Below, piece after piece: positions 12,636 to 25,309 of a stretch of 64,000 bases of DNA (the stretch's first letter is position 1; each line of letters opens with the position of its first letter). This DNA comes from Octopus sinensis. Taxonomy: Eukaryota. The notes beneath the pieces were generated by a model. That model was not told the DNA's origin, made no database searches, and saw only the letters and a list, made by a program, of their open reading frames with translations. Made by a program: the position numbers and the translations under genes. Where the stretch lies: NCBI RefSeq assembly GCF_006345805.1, contig NC_043009.1:68944001-69008000 (forward strand), read 5' to 3'.

Positions 12636-13279
12636 GCATATAATGTCAGTTGTTTATGTATCTAAGAGAGATAAAGCATTAGAGCAGAAATATATTCAGA
12701 AGGGAATCTGTTACGGCCAGTCAACATATACAGGAAACAGCTGTAAGGCCTATTTACAGATGTTCTAAAATCTTTCACAGCCTTGGATTTTTATCTTGTT
12801 ATGGAAATTTTTAATATATATGCATATATATATATAATCAATAATTAAGGGTAAAATCAATTAGTTATTAATTAATTTCACCAAGTAGAGTTCAGTATGT
12901 AAAAGGACCATTCAAGGCGTATTCAAAATATTACGTTATATAATTAGGGCTTAGTAAAATAAATTACTTTGCCACGTACTGAAATTATTAGAAATAGCAG
13001 CCAAAAAGTTTTTTAGCTATTTCCACTACTTTAAGAAAAGTATATATATATATATATTATAAATTAGGGTATCTTCGAGATGCCACCATGCTGAAAATAG
13101 CAGCCATGATCAAATTCTGGGGTTGATTTAACCGATTAACCACCCTCCCCCATCACCTTCTCTCAAATTTCAGGCTTTGTACCTATGTCAGAAGTAATTC
13201 TTAGGGATGGCTGCCCCTTCATTGTGATTATCATCATCATTGTTTAGCGAAATTTATTGGGGAGAATTTTTCCTAGGCA

Positions 13280-13800
13280 GGTCTAAGATATCTTGGCTGA
13301 GAAGGTCACGAATTTATATGCTGTCAAAAGAACCCATCCACATATCGAAGGAACGGTAATAAAGGATGCTTCCCATCTCATGCTTTCTCTTTTGACTGAT
13401 GCTGAGTTGCTGTTAATGAGGAATATTTCTTTGTCTTTGGCATAATTAAATCAATACCAGTCATCTTTACCATTATATGATTCAGCAGAATCTATTGCAG
13501 TGAGAAGTACGGATTCAATGACAAACGCACAGAAGCCCACAATGTGAATCTGAGTAAATCTGTTTTGATGTTTACTTTGATATTCTTAAACCAGCCAATA
13601 ATGGTATTACTACTGTTCCATTGCTGGAGGTTTGTAGCCACCCTAATGTTACCATTCAACTTGCAGAGCAATTTTTAACCGATTAATGTTATTCCAGACT
13701 TAACCAGGTTGATCAACCTGCATTTCAAGTTGAGTCCAAATCATATTTATTGTCTGTGAAGCTAATAAAGAACCAACATTTAGCTAAAACTTCTAATCCA
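13280..13800 (-). pseudogene. Penelope-like element reverse transcriptase remnant
   Basis: Degraded translation FISFTDNKYD...CRLINLVKSG....IRVATNLQQWNSSNTIIGWFKNIK...F.IVGF matches PLE RT FITLKDHK..CRLINP.KS..IR..T.L.QW.....I.WFKNI..F.I..FY; stops and frameshifts present. Confidence 0.8.
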
Positions 13801-14143
13801 TTGTAAATTTTGAACCCCCTTGCTACTGCCTAAAACTGTCATTCATATAAGTCTGTAGCGTGGTCTTCATAATTTTTGTTCTATAATTGGCAAGCTGTCA
13901 TCTCTGCAAGCTCTCATCTGCTTCATATATGATTATTGTTTTGCCTCAAGATACAAATACTTTTTTAGAAAATTGTTTCAAATTTTTAATGTCTATGGAA
14001 GTTTCTGTTGGCAAGGCTTAGAAAACTTATGGAATTTAAAGTTGTGTCCTGTCTGGAAGCCTGGTTCAAAGTTTTCCAGACTCTTGGTGCATTCATATTA
14101 TCATATTTATAATTTTATTTTAATTCTGTGTTATATTTCCCCA

Positions 14144-14552
14144 GGCGCAGGAGTGGCTGTGTGGTAAGTAGCTTGCTAACCAACCACATGGTTCCGGGTT
14201 CAGTCCCACTGCGTGGCATCTTGGGCAAGTGTCTTCTGCTATAGCCCCGGGCCGACCAAAGCCTTGTGAGTGGATTTGGTAGACGGAAACTGAAAGAAGC
14301 CTGTCATATATATGTATATATATATATATGTGTGTATATGTGTTTGTGTGTCTGTGTTTGTCCCCCTAGCATTGCTTGACAACCGATGCTGGTGTGTTTA
14401 CGTCCCCGTCACTTAGCAGTTCGGAAAAAGAGACCGATAGAATAAGTACTGGGCTTACAAAGAATAAGTCCCGGGGTTGATTTGCTCGACTAAAGGCGGT
14501 GCTCCAGCATGGCCGCAGTCAAATGACTGAAACAAGTAAAAGAGTAAAAGAG
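14144..14552 (+). mobile_element. tRNA-derived SINE family B (CORE-like TTGGGCAAGT domain, (GAGTAAAA)n-like tail)
   Basis: A/B-box-like head GGCGCAGGAGTGGCTGTGTGG..GGGTTCAGTCCC; many dispersed copies (14712-15126 minus, 32748-33188 minus, about 39190-39545 plus, about 50910-51275 minus). Confidence 0.85.
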
Positions 14553-14711
14553 TAAGAGATGTGTTTGTATTGTCCCCTTTTCATTGTCCCCTTGTAGGCA
14601 ATAAAGAAATCTGTTGGTGCTTGGTGGGCAGTTTCACACAATAGTAAAAGATTTGTCAGCATTAAGTGCAACAATAACTTGAATAAATAAATAAATAAAT
14701 AATGATTTAAT

Positions 14712-15126
14712 TCTTTCTCTTTTTTTACTTGTTTCATTTCAGTTATTTGACTGTGGCCATGCTGGAGCACCGCCTTTAGTCAAACAAATCGCCCCCAGGA
14801 CTTATTCTTTGTAAGCCAAGTACTTATTCTATTGATCTCTTTTGCTGAATTGCTAATTACAGGGACATAAACACAACAACATCGGTTGTCAAACAATGGT
14901 GGGGGTGGGGGACAAACACACAAATATACATACACACACACACACACACACATATATATATCCAATGGGCTTCTTTCAGTTTCCATCTACCAAATCCACC
15001 ACTCAGAAGGCTTTGGCCGGCCTGGGGCAACAGTAGAAGGCACTAGCCCAAGGTGCCACTCAGTGGGACTGAACCCGGAACCATGTGGTTGGGAAGCAAG
15101 CTTCTTACCACACAGCCATGCATGCC
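14712..15126 (-). mobile_element. SINE family B copy, inverted relative to 14144-14552
   Basis: Reverse complement of the neighbouring copy over about 400 bp. Confidence 0.85.
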
Positions 15127-15467
15127 CCTATATAAGTATTTTCCATTTCCTGCGCATGATAAGGCCTTTCATTTTCTCCATATTCGTTAGTGAAGTTTGG
15201 TGGGATCAGGAAGTTCTCGGATAAATAATCCAGGTAATATAGAATTTTTGGTGATTGGTTATACTCATAATATAGAGAGAACTCTATTATATATACAGTG
15301 TTTATTGTATGTACAATGTCTGAAGTATGTCCCTTCTCAGTATAGAAACGCTGGAGTTTGACAAGGAAGCACGTGTAAGCATAAAGAGGTGATTTATACA
15401 CTCATACATGTGATACCCATCTACCTATCTGTCTGTCTATCTATCTATCTATTTATCTACCTACCTA

Positions 15468-15505
<38 letters not shown>

Positions 15506-15589
15506 TATATATATATACACACACACATATTTCTATATATGTGATTTCTAAATGCTAATGTTTACTTTATGATATTGATATGATTTTAA

Positions 15590-16413
15590 TAACATAATCC
15601 ATGATATTGCAAAGCGTTTAGAGTGGAGCAAAAACCTACAGAATTGGTCCCTAGAGCAGTGGAAGAATGCTATTTTCTTGGACGAGTTATCCTTTACCTT
15701 ATTTTCGACCACTGGCTGGGTATATGTGTGGAGACAGCCAAAAGGAGTATTTGATCTATACTGCCTTCTTCCCACTGTTAAACATGGTGGATGATCTGTG
15801 ATGATCTGGGGTGGGGGTGGGGGATATATCTTGGCAGTCCGCTGGCCCAATGGTTTCCCTTCATGGCAGAATTAATAGTCAAGACTATTTAAGCATTTTA
15901 TCTGATCAAATTTATCTTATGGTTGCAGAACTATTTCCATAGGGAAACGCAATCTTTCAGGATGATAATGCACCAATTCACACAGCTAAAGTTCTTACTG
16001 AAAGGCATGAGGAACTTTCTAGTGAAGTTGAACATCTTATCTGACCACCAAATCTCAGTAGTATTGAACATTCATGGCGCATTTAGAAAAACAAGTAAGG
16101 AGTTGAGACCCTCCATCATCATCTCTACAAGAACTGGGAGACTGTTTTGGCTGAAGAAGGGACAAAAATTCCTTTGGAAACAATTCAAACTTTGTACAAG
16201 TTCATACCTTGTATATACAGGAGTGGGACAAAATAATGGAAACCCCTTAAAATTTCAAACAAATTTATTTTAATATAAGTTAGGACCACCTTCGGCATTA
16301 ATTACAGCTTGAATTCTTTCAAGCCATAATAACTGCTAAAGGTGGTCCTACCCTATATTAAAATGAATTTGTTTGAAATTTTAAGAGGTTTCCATTATTT
16401 TGTCCAACTCCTG
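15590..16413 (+). mobile_element. Tc1 (DD34E) transposon, 5'-truncated, with right TIR
   Basis: KRLEWSK...W..AIFLDE..F..VWR...PTVKHGG*SVMIWG...FQDDNAPIHT...IEH.W...AKGGPTLY*; TIR ends ...TCCAACTCCTG followed by TA; several in-frame stops. Confidence 0.9.
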
Positions 16414-16419
16414 TATATC

Positions 16420-16585
16420 GCTAGCCACTAAACCTTTTTGTATTTTCCCTCCCTGTTTATTTCTTCTGCATACCTTTCTGTCGAAGAGCGTAGGCTCGAA
16501 ACATAAAAGACTTTCTCACTTCCCGAGCAATACATCTGTTTGTTGTTTAAACACCCGTCTTTGTCTTTTGTTTTTTTGTAAATTC

Positions 16586-16590
<5 letters not shown>
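16420..16590 (+). mobile_element. Probable Penelope-type terminal repeat fragment with hammerhead-like motif, ending in (TA)n
   Basis: CTTT-CTGTCGA-A-GAGC(GTAG)GCTC-GAAACATA-AAAG at about 16474-16509. Confidence 0.5.
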
Positions 16591-16656
<66 letters not shown>

Positions 16657-16995
16657 TATATTTATACATATATATATTATATACATACATATATATATAT
16701 GTCATCATCATTATCATCGTTTAACGTCTGTTTCCATGCTAGCATGGGTTGGACATATATATATATACATATATATATATGTGTGTGTGCGTGTGTGTGT
16801 ATGCACATCATCATCATCATTTAACGTCCATTGTCCATGCTGGCATGGGTTCGGCAATTTGGTAAGCTGGAAGGCTGCATCAGACTCGTCTGATTTCTAC
16901 GGTTGGATGTCCTTCATAACACTGACCACTCAAAGAGTGTAATCAGTGCTTTCACATGCTACTGGCACAGGTGCCAGTTGTGTGTCACCAGTATC

Positions 16996-17026
<31 letters not shown>

Positions 17027-17164
17027 TGTATGTATGTATGTATATATAGATAGATAGAGTCTCTTGAAGTCCATTTTCTTTCTCTCATATATTGCGCTTG
17101 TGTGTGCATGGTTGTGTATATCAATGCCAGTATCTATGGCCAGAGTTAATGTCTGATTTAAAGG

Positions 17165-17662
17165 AAAATGACCTGAAAGAAATGACTCAGAATGGTCATT
17201 TGAAGAACCCAGACAAATACTGATACATCAAATACCATACAACATAAATTTTTGATTTATTGAAATTATCTCCTTGGAGCCCATAAATGTATTCCCTTTT
17301 TTTTCTCTCTTGTAAGTTGAAGTCATTCGGCTGCTGGAGGTAAGGTTGGATAAATGTGGTGCCAATGATGGCCACTGAGCCAGAAACAAATGTCCATGAC
17401 TGTCCTCTTCTCTCCAAACAACGAACCTATCCTTTTTCTGAATGGCATGTCAATTTTGGAGAATTATTGAGTCTTGAGAGTGTGTCCCCTGTTTAAGTGG
17501 AGCCTCAGTTGTCTATTAGATGATTATGATATATCCTCTAGAGACAGAGATGATTTTAAGCAACCAAGAAATTGATATACGGTATTTTATACACCTGTAT
17601 TTGTCTGTGTTCTTCAAATGTATGCCATTGGCCCATCTGAGTTATTCCTCTTGATTCATTTT
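17165..17662. repeat. Old element with about 110-bp imperfect inverted arms; homologous to 24010-24300
   Basis: Arms 17165-17273 and about 17545-17662 share CATTTGAAGAAC(C/A)CAGACAAATAC..AAATACC; a 19-mer is identical to 24221-24239 in reverse orientation. Confidence 0.65.
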
Positions 17663-18089
17663 TGTTTATATGATTGACTTTGATTAAGTGTCATACACGA
17701 AACTCATGGCCCTTGAGTCACTTTGTAACTTCTGCTGATTTAAACACACACACGTACACGCATATATAATGTATGTATGTAATTATAACATGAGTATGTG
17801 TGTGTGTGTATATGTATGTATGTACGTATGTATGTATGTATGTATGTATGTATGTAGTATGTATGTATGTATGTATGTATGTATGTATGTATGTATGTAT
17901 GTATGTATGCATGCATGCATGTATGTATAAATGTATATCTGTAAGTATGTATGTATGTGTATTTATTTATTACAAAACATAACCAGTAATTTAGTACTGA
18001 AATAATATATACACTACATGTGTGTGTGTGTTCACGGGGAGAGAGAGAGAGAGAGTGAGTGTGTGTGTGTTATGGAAACAAAAATGCCG

Positions 18090-18520
18090 TTTATCCTCTA
18101 TATACTCGTGTCGTTGTTAAGAGTGTCTGTGTAAAATGAGTGCTTTGTACATCAAAGTCTGCCAGTCTGTTGTACAATCGGCACGGAGTCTGTGAGAGCT
18201 TGAATAAGAGCATGCGCAGTTGGCAGTCGGTGCCCGTTTCCCCGCCCTGTTGTCACCAAAGCCAGCAGCCGACTGGAATGTGAACCAATATTGCAAACCG
18301 TAGGAAAACAGCTTTATCACAGAACTTCATTCACACATTTAGCAATCGAAACATCATCACACCTACATATACAACAAGTCAAGTGTCGTTCGGTTTTGTT
18401 CTCCAACATTTAATAACAACAATAATGACAGAAGCATTAGTAACGGCAGCAAAAGAGAGATTATTGAAGACGGGTTTTCGGTTGTGGGTTCTTGGAAACA
18501 TTACCAATTCCTTAGCTGGT
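18090..18520. promoter_or_regulatory. CpG-rich block with GC box (CCCCGCCC), CCAAT and TGCGCA motifs
   Basis: Motifs seen directly; no linked exon identified. Confidence 0.35.
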
Positions 18521-21038
18521 TTGGCTATAATGAGGGAGTAAAAAATCGCAAGAAATTGGAGCTTGTTTTAAATTTATTATATTCATCTTAATTTAGATGT
18601 ATTTTCCTTTTTTTCATATCTGGGGAATATCGAATAAGTCCAATCTTTGAGTACCATTATTACTCGTTGGGTTACTTCTTATTTCTAAAGACTGCTAAGA
18701 AGAGAGAGATCGAGATAGATAAATAGACAGAGAGACCAACAGATACATACATATATAAATAGATATATTTATATAGATCTAGATATAAATTTGCTTTTAT
18801 TTTTTTCTTTCTTTTCCCTCTTTTCACTGCCAAACTCAGAACACTGACGTATAAACACACACACGTCTGACAATGCTTTCGTAACGGTCTTTAATACATT
18901 TTCGTAAGATCTGTGAAGAAATTACACTGGTTTTATCTCGCCTCAACCAACAACCATCACGGACACACAGCAACTGCAGTCATCACCATCACCATCATCA
19001 TCGCAATCATAAGTATTATTCCAACCATCATCAACGCCGTAAATGCCAGTAGCTCCATCATCACCATCGCCGCCGCCGCCACCAATACCTAACTACATAC
19101 ATCATACTCGGTCCCTATGATAATATCAACAACAACAACGATTCCATGTCGAACACTTCCAGCACAAAAACAACACCAATCACAGCCACAAGCATCATAA
19201 CCATCATCATCACCAACACCATCACAACTGCTCCTCCTCCTCCTCTCTACCTTTGTCGCTATTCTCACGTCTGACATTTTTGGTGTCAGGAGGGAAGAAA
19301 CAAGAAAAAGCAGCCAAGAGGAGTGGATGAGGCCTGAAAGTGGGGGCGCATGGGCTCAATCACCACCCCCACTTATTGCCACCACCACCACCGCCACCGC
19401 CGCCGCCGCCACCACCATCGCCACTGCCTCCCACAGCTGTTTCGGGCGAAAATACTCGTAGTGAAAAGTGGGAAGGAAGAACCAACTTCCTCCGGTCCAG
19501 ATACCATCGGAAACCAAGTCCCACATTCTCCACACACACATATAACCGTTAGGATTATTACTACTGCTTGGAGACGACACTCAACGGACCTGTGTGTGTA
19601 TGTATGAGTGACTGAGTGAGTGTTTATACTTGTATATATATATATATATATACACACACCTACATTACCAACTGACGGATATCTTTACCCATCTGAAACC
19701 CCTACCTGCTTTTGTTGGCCCAGCACTTGCTCACCCAACAAGCGTCCACTTTACACCAAACCAAAGCTTGGTCAGACAGGCTCACACTCAAAACCTACCT
19801 TAAAAATATAAAAGTATATATATATTATACACACACACACACATATATATATATAACGAAATAACCATGAAGAATGAGCGAACGGCCGAGGACTGCGCCC
19901 TTATCCGAATCTCCTTTGCCCGTTTTGCAGTCACAACTGTGTGTTTACCGTCAATTTCACTTCTGTTATGCTTTTTTTCTGGCGTGCTATTCCAGTTCTA
20001 TGATGTCAACGAGACTGTGTGTAATGTGAGTTGATATTTTACATATCTATCTATATATATCTATATTGTTATTAATAATATATATTAACCCCTTCGTGTT
20101 GGGGACAGAAAAAAATAAAGAACACCTTGATTTATAGTCATGTCTGTATGTAATTCATGTTTCACACCTGTTCTTCTTCTTTTATGATTTCTTACCCAAT
20201 TTGCATCGTCTCAGATAATAACTGTACTCTATTGTAATGTTCTGCAAATTTTACCCTCGCGGTAAATTCAGAAATATTTATCATAAAATCCGTGGCCTGG
20301 TACCAATATCATTTTATATTTTACAATAACTTCTATAATTTTATGATCGATTTCTTTTTCTTGTATTATGATGGAGATTTAAGGATGGGTTAAAGTTCAT
20401 GAAGTAAACTTCACGACTAAAGATTCTATTAAGGGTTTCACATTTTGTGCTGGTTGTGTATTTTAAAGAACCTAAGCAGTTACCCCGGTCCAAATACCAT
20501 TAATCCTGACCCTCTTTTACCTGTACTTGCGGCTGTTAACCTTAATTCATATACATCATTTGGTAAATATACCATTTTTCATTAAAACAATCGAACCCCA
20601 AACTCGCCATAGTCCCAGCTCATCGAGAACTTTTATGGTCAAAAATATTTTTACTATTCATTTTGTCTTTATTTCAGGCATTGTGCATCTAGGATGGTGG
20701 TAGGGGTGGGGGTGGAACGATGAAAAGACACTTTAAGGTGTAGTTTAACAGAGATTTAGCTGTTGTTTCTAGCATGTCTAACGACTATGTACAGGCACTC
20801 TCATCGAATGGACTCAGTGCCATGTCTGAGTTTTTCTGCTGCCATATCTCTCACTTGGAACCTTTTCCTTTGTATCATTTAATAACCTTTTTATAAATGG
20901 ACATCACTATCATAACTCCTTAGACATTGTCACAAAGATAAGTTCTTTCAGAACTTCTGTTGAAGAAAATTCAAAAGAATTTCTCCTAATTGTGATTATG
21001 CTATTCCATCATACTTTTCGGTCGTCAGAATATTTGAG

Positions 21039-21080
<42 letters not shown>

Positions 21081-21163
21081 TAGGTCCTGATAGGGTAAAA
21101 AAAATCGGTTATTTCCAATGCAGCACTAGATGTGCTAAATTCATTTTTCGTTTTCTTAATTTA

Positions 21164-21232
<69 letters not shown>

Positions 21233-21839
21233 TATATATAATTGGTTTTCTCTTCGTCGGACATTGTCCATGCTGGAGCTCCGTCTTCCAGGGTCTTATT
21301 GTCATGTCGACCCCAGTAATTATTTCACGCGGGAGCGAATCGCAATGTACACACACACACACACACACTCGTCTATAAAGTGAGAGTGGGTGAAATTCAC
21401 ATCCTTTTCTTTTGTTTTACCGCTAACTCTTAAATTGAACACATTATTATGTATAATGTCTAATCGTTAAGTTTGATAAATTGTCAAAGTTTGAAGTGAA
21501 ATTACGGCACAAGGGTCGTGATGTATATATATATATATATATATAAATTAAAAGCTACATGCTTTCTATTAACAAATTACCTTTACAAATTATATAAACT
21601 TATACACTTATATGAATAATGTGCAGCACCCACATCCGTCTACTGCTGACTGTCAAAAGAAAGAGCATTTAATACCATGGCAGAGATTAATAATGCATAT
21701 TTTATTTTGGTCAAGTTAGTCTCTTGCTCCTATTAAGTTTGCCAGTGGGTGAGGTGCAAAGGATCTTCCGGCAAGTTATGATTAGACTAGCTGTGTAGCA
21801 AGAGACCGACTCGACCGAAATTATATATATGTATGTATA

Positions 21840-21898
<59 letters not shown>

Positions 21899-21979
21899 AT
21901 ATATACACACACATACACACAGTTGTCTATTAAATTGTTGAGTAATACTTCTTTGATTGGAAACTGATGTCTATGTATT

Positions 21980-23170
21980 TAGACACTTTCGTTCGGAGTT
22001 GGATTCACTCCGTCGTTGCTGTGAACCAACTCATTTATTTGTATTTAACATTTACTTATATATTTACTTATATATAAAATGGGCAAATGTCAGCGATGTG
22101 TTCGCGAGTGTAATGTAACGGTAGACACGATTCTTGTACTTGTCATCCTCTCTTCTTTGTGTTTGAACGAGTTTCTCTTTTATTGTCTCGGGATGGCTGT
22201 TTGTATATGAGATTCTAAAATTTCTCTTTCAATCGTATCCGGCTTTCTCTACTAAGCAAAAGATCGATATTTTTATTTTAAATAAAGCCCCACAGTTCTT
22301 TCAGGCCTTCCAAAACAAGCAGTTGGCTCTGAAACCAAAGTTGTCGTTGCAACTTTAGCAGGATATATCGTCTAAATGCCACAGTTTTATGGTAACTGGC
22401 TGCCTTCTTTATTCCCCGGCACTCCATACTCGATTTGTATGCAAAATTGTTGTTCTACATGACGAGGCATGGGTCACGAATTCTTCAAAGGAAGCCACTA
22501 AAATCGCAGAGAAGTCACGGCTGTAGATTGTGCTTTTTCATCTCGGGTTAGACTTGTAGTCAAAGACATTACAGACTGTTCCTTGTTCTTCCGGACACAG
22601 TCTTATTAAGACTACAATCAGATGTACCTCTTGTTTTTTTTATTTTATGTATATAATGCTAGGGTATAGTTTGAGAGATATTTTGCTTCCGTATTGAGCA
22701 GGTCTAATTCTCTATGAGGATAAATACACACGCACTCGCGCGCGCCTGCCTCATCACTTATCAAAGACCCATCATTGAGAGACTTTGTCTCCGTCCCATT
22801 TAACCCGGGGAAATTTACCCAGTTTAAGAACTCCTTGAACGAAGTAACGACGAGAAAATGTAGAAAGGATTCCATAGTTCCGCAAGAGCTCAACAAGTGC
22901 AATTGACGAAGCCACATAAGTGTAGAATAGCGTCGGCAAAAGTGAAAGTATTTGCAAAACTTAGAGTATCTGATTAGAAAGTTAAATCGGTGCGAGATGC
23001 TGGGAAAAGCGATAAATTAATATTTGTCTTATTTTCTTAAAATAGAAACTGGATATCGGTTTTGGAATCGTGAACAGTATTCATGGAGATCGAATGAAAA
23101 CAGCAGAGAAACTACTTTGACTTCATCTCTCTTTATTTGTTGATAGTCATCGGAGTCGACCAAGTCGCGC
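21980..23170. promoter_or_regulatory. CpG-rich unique block, possible promoter / 5' UTR / enhancer
   Basis: Repeat-free and CpG-rich (e.g. CTCGCGCGCGCC); GATA-like and TCF-like (ATCAAAG) motifs at about 22750; no convincing ORF. Confidence 0.35.
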
Positions 23171-24399
23171 TTTTACTTTGCATTCTATATGCCCCCCCCC
23201 CCTCACACTATAATGTGTGTGTGCATGTTATCGAAATTAATAATCTAATTTACAAGTGTAATTCATTTTTCCATTTTTATAATCACCGAGTTTATTTGTT
23301 TACGTTTCTTTATTTTTATTAAAAAATCAGAAAAGCCGTTTATTTGGTTTTTTTAAATATTTCTTTAGACTACTACTACTACTAATAATAATAATAATAA
23401 CCTTATAAAAAGATCCCACAATTCTTGTATATTCCGATTTTTTGTGGGGTTCTAGAGTCAACACTTTAAAATCTTGCTACTCCCAAACCCCTGTTCCCTA
23501 TACATTTTACTTTACAAGACTCGCGGCGTGCGCTCCCGCCGTCACAAACACATTATACATACATACAGATAGATAGATAGATAGATAGCTCTGTGTGTGT
23601 GATAATCGAGGTACAAAGATCAATAGATAAAACAGAAATGTCTGCTATGAAGCGTCAAGTGTCTATTTCACACTGAGTTGTGTTTGATAGCCTAAGTCTG
23701 TCAATGAATGATTAAAAACAAAAGAGAAAGAAAGGAAGAAATATTCTGTCTCAGAGTACATATATAATAAGCACAGTCTTTCTCATATAGATATCTGTGT
23801 GTGTAAGACCTGGGGACGATTCCTTCCACTAAAGGTGGTACTCCAGCATGACCACAGTCAAATGACTGTATAAAGCCGTCTAAAAATCCTTAAGTCAGGG
23901 AAAATATGCCCTTGTCTGTCAATAGGGTGGGTGCCATCTCCGAAGGGTTTGTGGTGTTTGCGTACCACCTTGCTATCTCATACCCAGTGCGAAACTTATT
24001 GCGTAACATCAGCTGAAATGGATCTCCAATACTACCAAATATCATAACATGCACTCGTGAGCTATTAAAATTATCTTGGCCTCTGGCAAATGGTATCATT
24101 GTTACCAAATGGTAATTGAGACCATCTCCACTTGGCAAGGGGAGATAATCTGGAAAAATCAAGAATTTTTTGGAAGTTGACATTCTATTCAAGAAAAAGA
24201 CGGGATTATAGTCTGCAGCCAAGAGGACAGTCATGGACACGTCTTCTGACTCAGTAGGCATTGTGTTGATGACACCTATATACCTACACACATACACCTG
24301 CTGCAAGAGATGCCTATCAATGCCATATTTGTATAAAAGGGTGTTGGTCTCTTGTGAGACTGAAAAGCCACATATCTGTTGTTCATGAGAACAATCAGG

Positions 24400-24575
24400 T
24401 AAAAAGCTTTGCTCGAAACTGCTTTCCATTCGTGGCCGGTGGGTGGGGGTTGCTTTGGAGTAGATTTTTTTCCAATTTCTTGGGAACCATTCAGCAACTG
24501 CACTGCCCCACCTGTTTATGGACCTTGCAACATGTCTAACCCAGCAGAATTCTGTGGTCATCTCCTTCAGTTTGC
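24400..24575 (-). mobile_element. RTE-clade LINE C-terminal remnant
   Basis: CWVRHVARSINRWGSAVAEWFPRNWKK matches the RTE W.GHVAR...NRW...V.EW.PR..KR motif. Confidence 0.65.
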
Positions 24576-24822
24576 TCTGTTCTCAACTTACCTCATTTCC
24601 GATAAACTCCCACAATGACATTCCTAGCATGGGTCTTTCTATGGGCTTGGTGTCAGGAAGGGCATCCAGCTGTAGAAACATTGCCAGATCAGATTGGAAC
24701 CTGGTGCAGCTGCTGGCTCTCCAGGCCTCAGTCAAACCATCTAAGCTATGCCAGCATGGAAAATGGACGTTAAACGATGATGATGATGATGATATATACT
24801 TGTATATATATATGTGTGTGCA

Positions 24823-25200
24823 TGGAGGTGCAATGGCCCAGTAGTTAAGACAGCAGACTTGTGGTCATAGGATCACTGTTTTGATTCCCAGACTGGGCGT
24901 TGTGTTTATTGAGCGAAAACACCTAAAAGCTCCATGAGGCTCTGGAAGGGGGTGGTGGCGAACCCTGCTGTACTCTTTCACCACTACATTCTCTCACTCT
25001 TTCTTCCTGTTTCTGTTGTGCCTGTATTTCCAAGGGCCAGCCTTGTCACACTCTGTGTCACGCTGAATCTCCCCAACAACTACGTTAAGGGTATGCGTGT
25101 CTGTGGAGTGCTCAGCCACTTGCACGTTAATTTCACGAGCAGGCTGTTCCGTTGATCGGATCAACTGGAACCCTCGTCGTCGTAACCGACGGAGTGCCAT
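24823..25200 (+). mobile_element. tRNA-derived SINE family C
   Basis: TGGCCCAGTAGTT A-box-like head; related copies or segments at about 28780-29090 and 42911-43200; a related head at 45243-45550. Confidence 0.75.
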
Positions 25201-25309
25201 GATGTATGTATATGCATATGTGTACATGTGTATGTGTATATGTATGTATTTTATTCTTTTACTTGTTTCAGTTATTTGACTGTGGCCATGCTAGAGCACC
25301 ACCTTAAAG

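Noticed and set aside
12340-12665. ORFs such as [12 protein letters not shown] here and at 17718-17982, 21132-21383, 60161-60674 and 62809-63183
   Set aside because: Translations of microsatellites.
19340-19657. Poly-Pro / poly-His ORFs
   Set aside because: A (CCA/CCG)n trinucleotide tract open in several frames; no splice or homology support.
24276-24503. PPPTGHEWKAV resembling topoisomerase I
   Set aside because: Short chance match in an alternative frame of an RTE C-terminal remnant.
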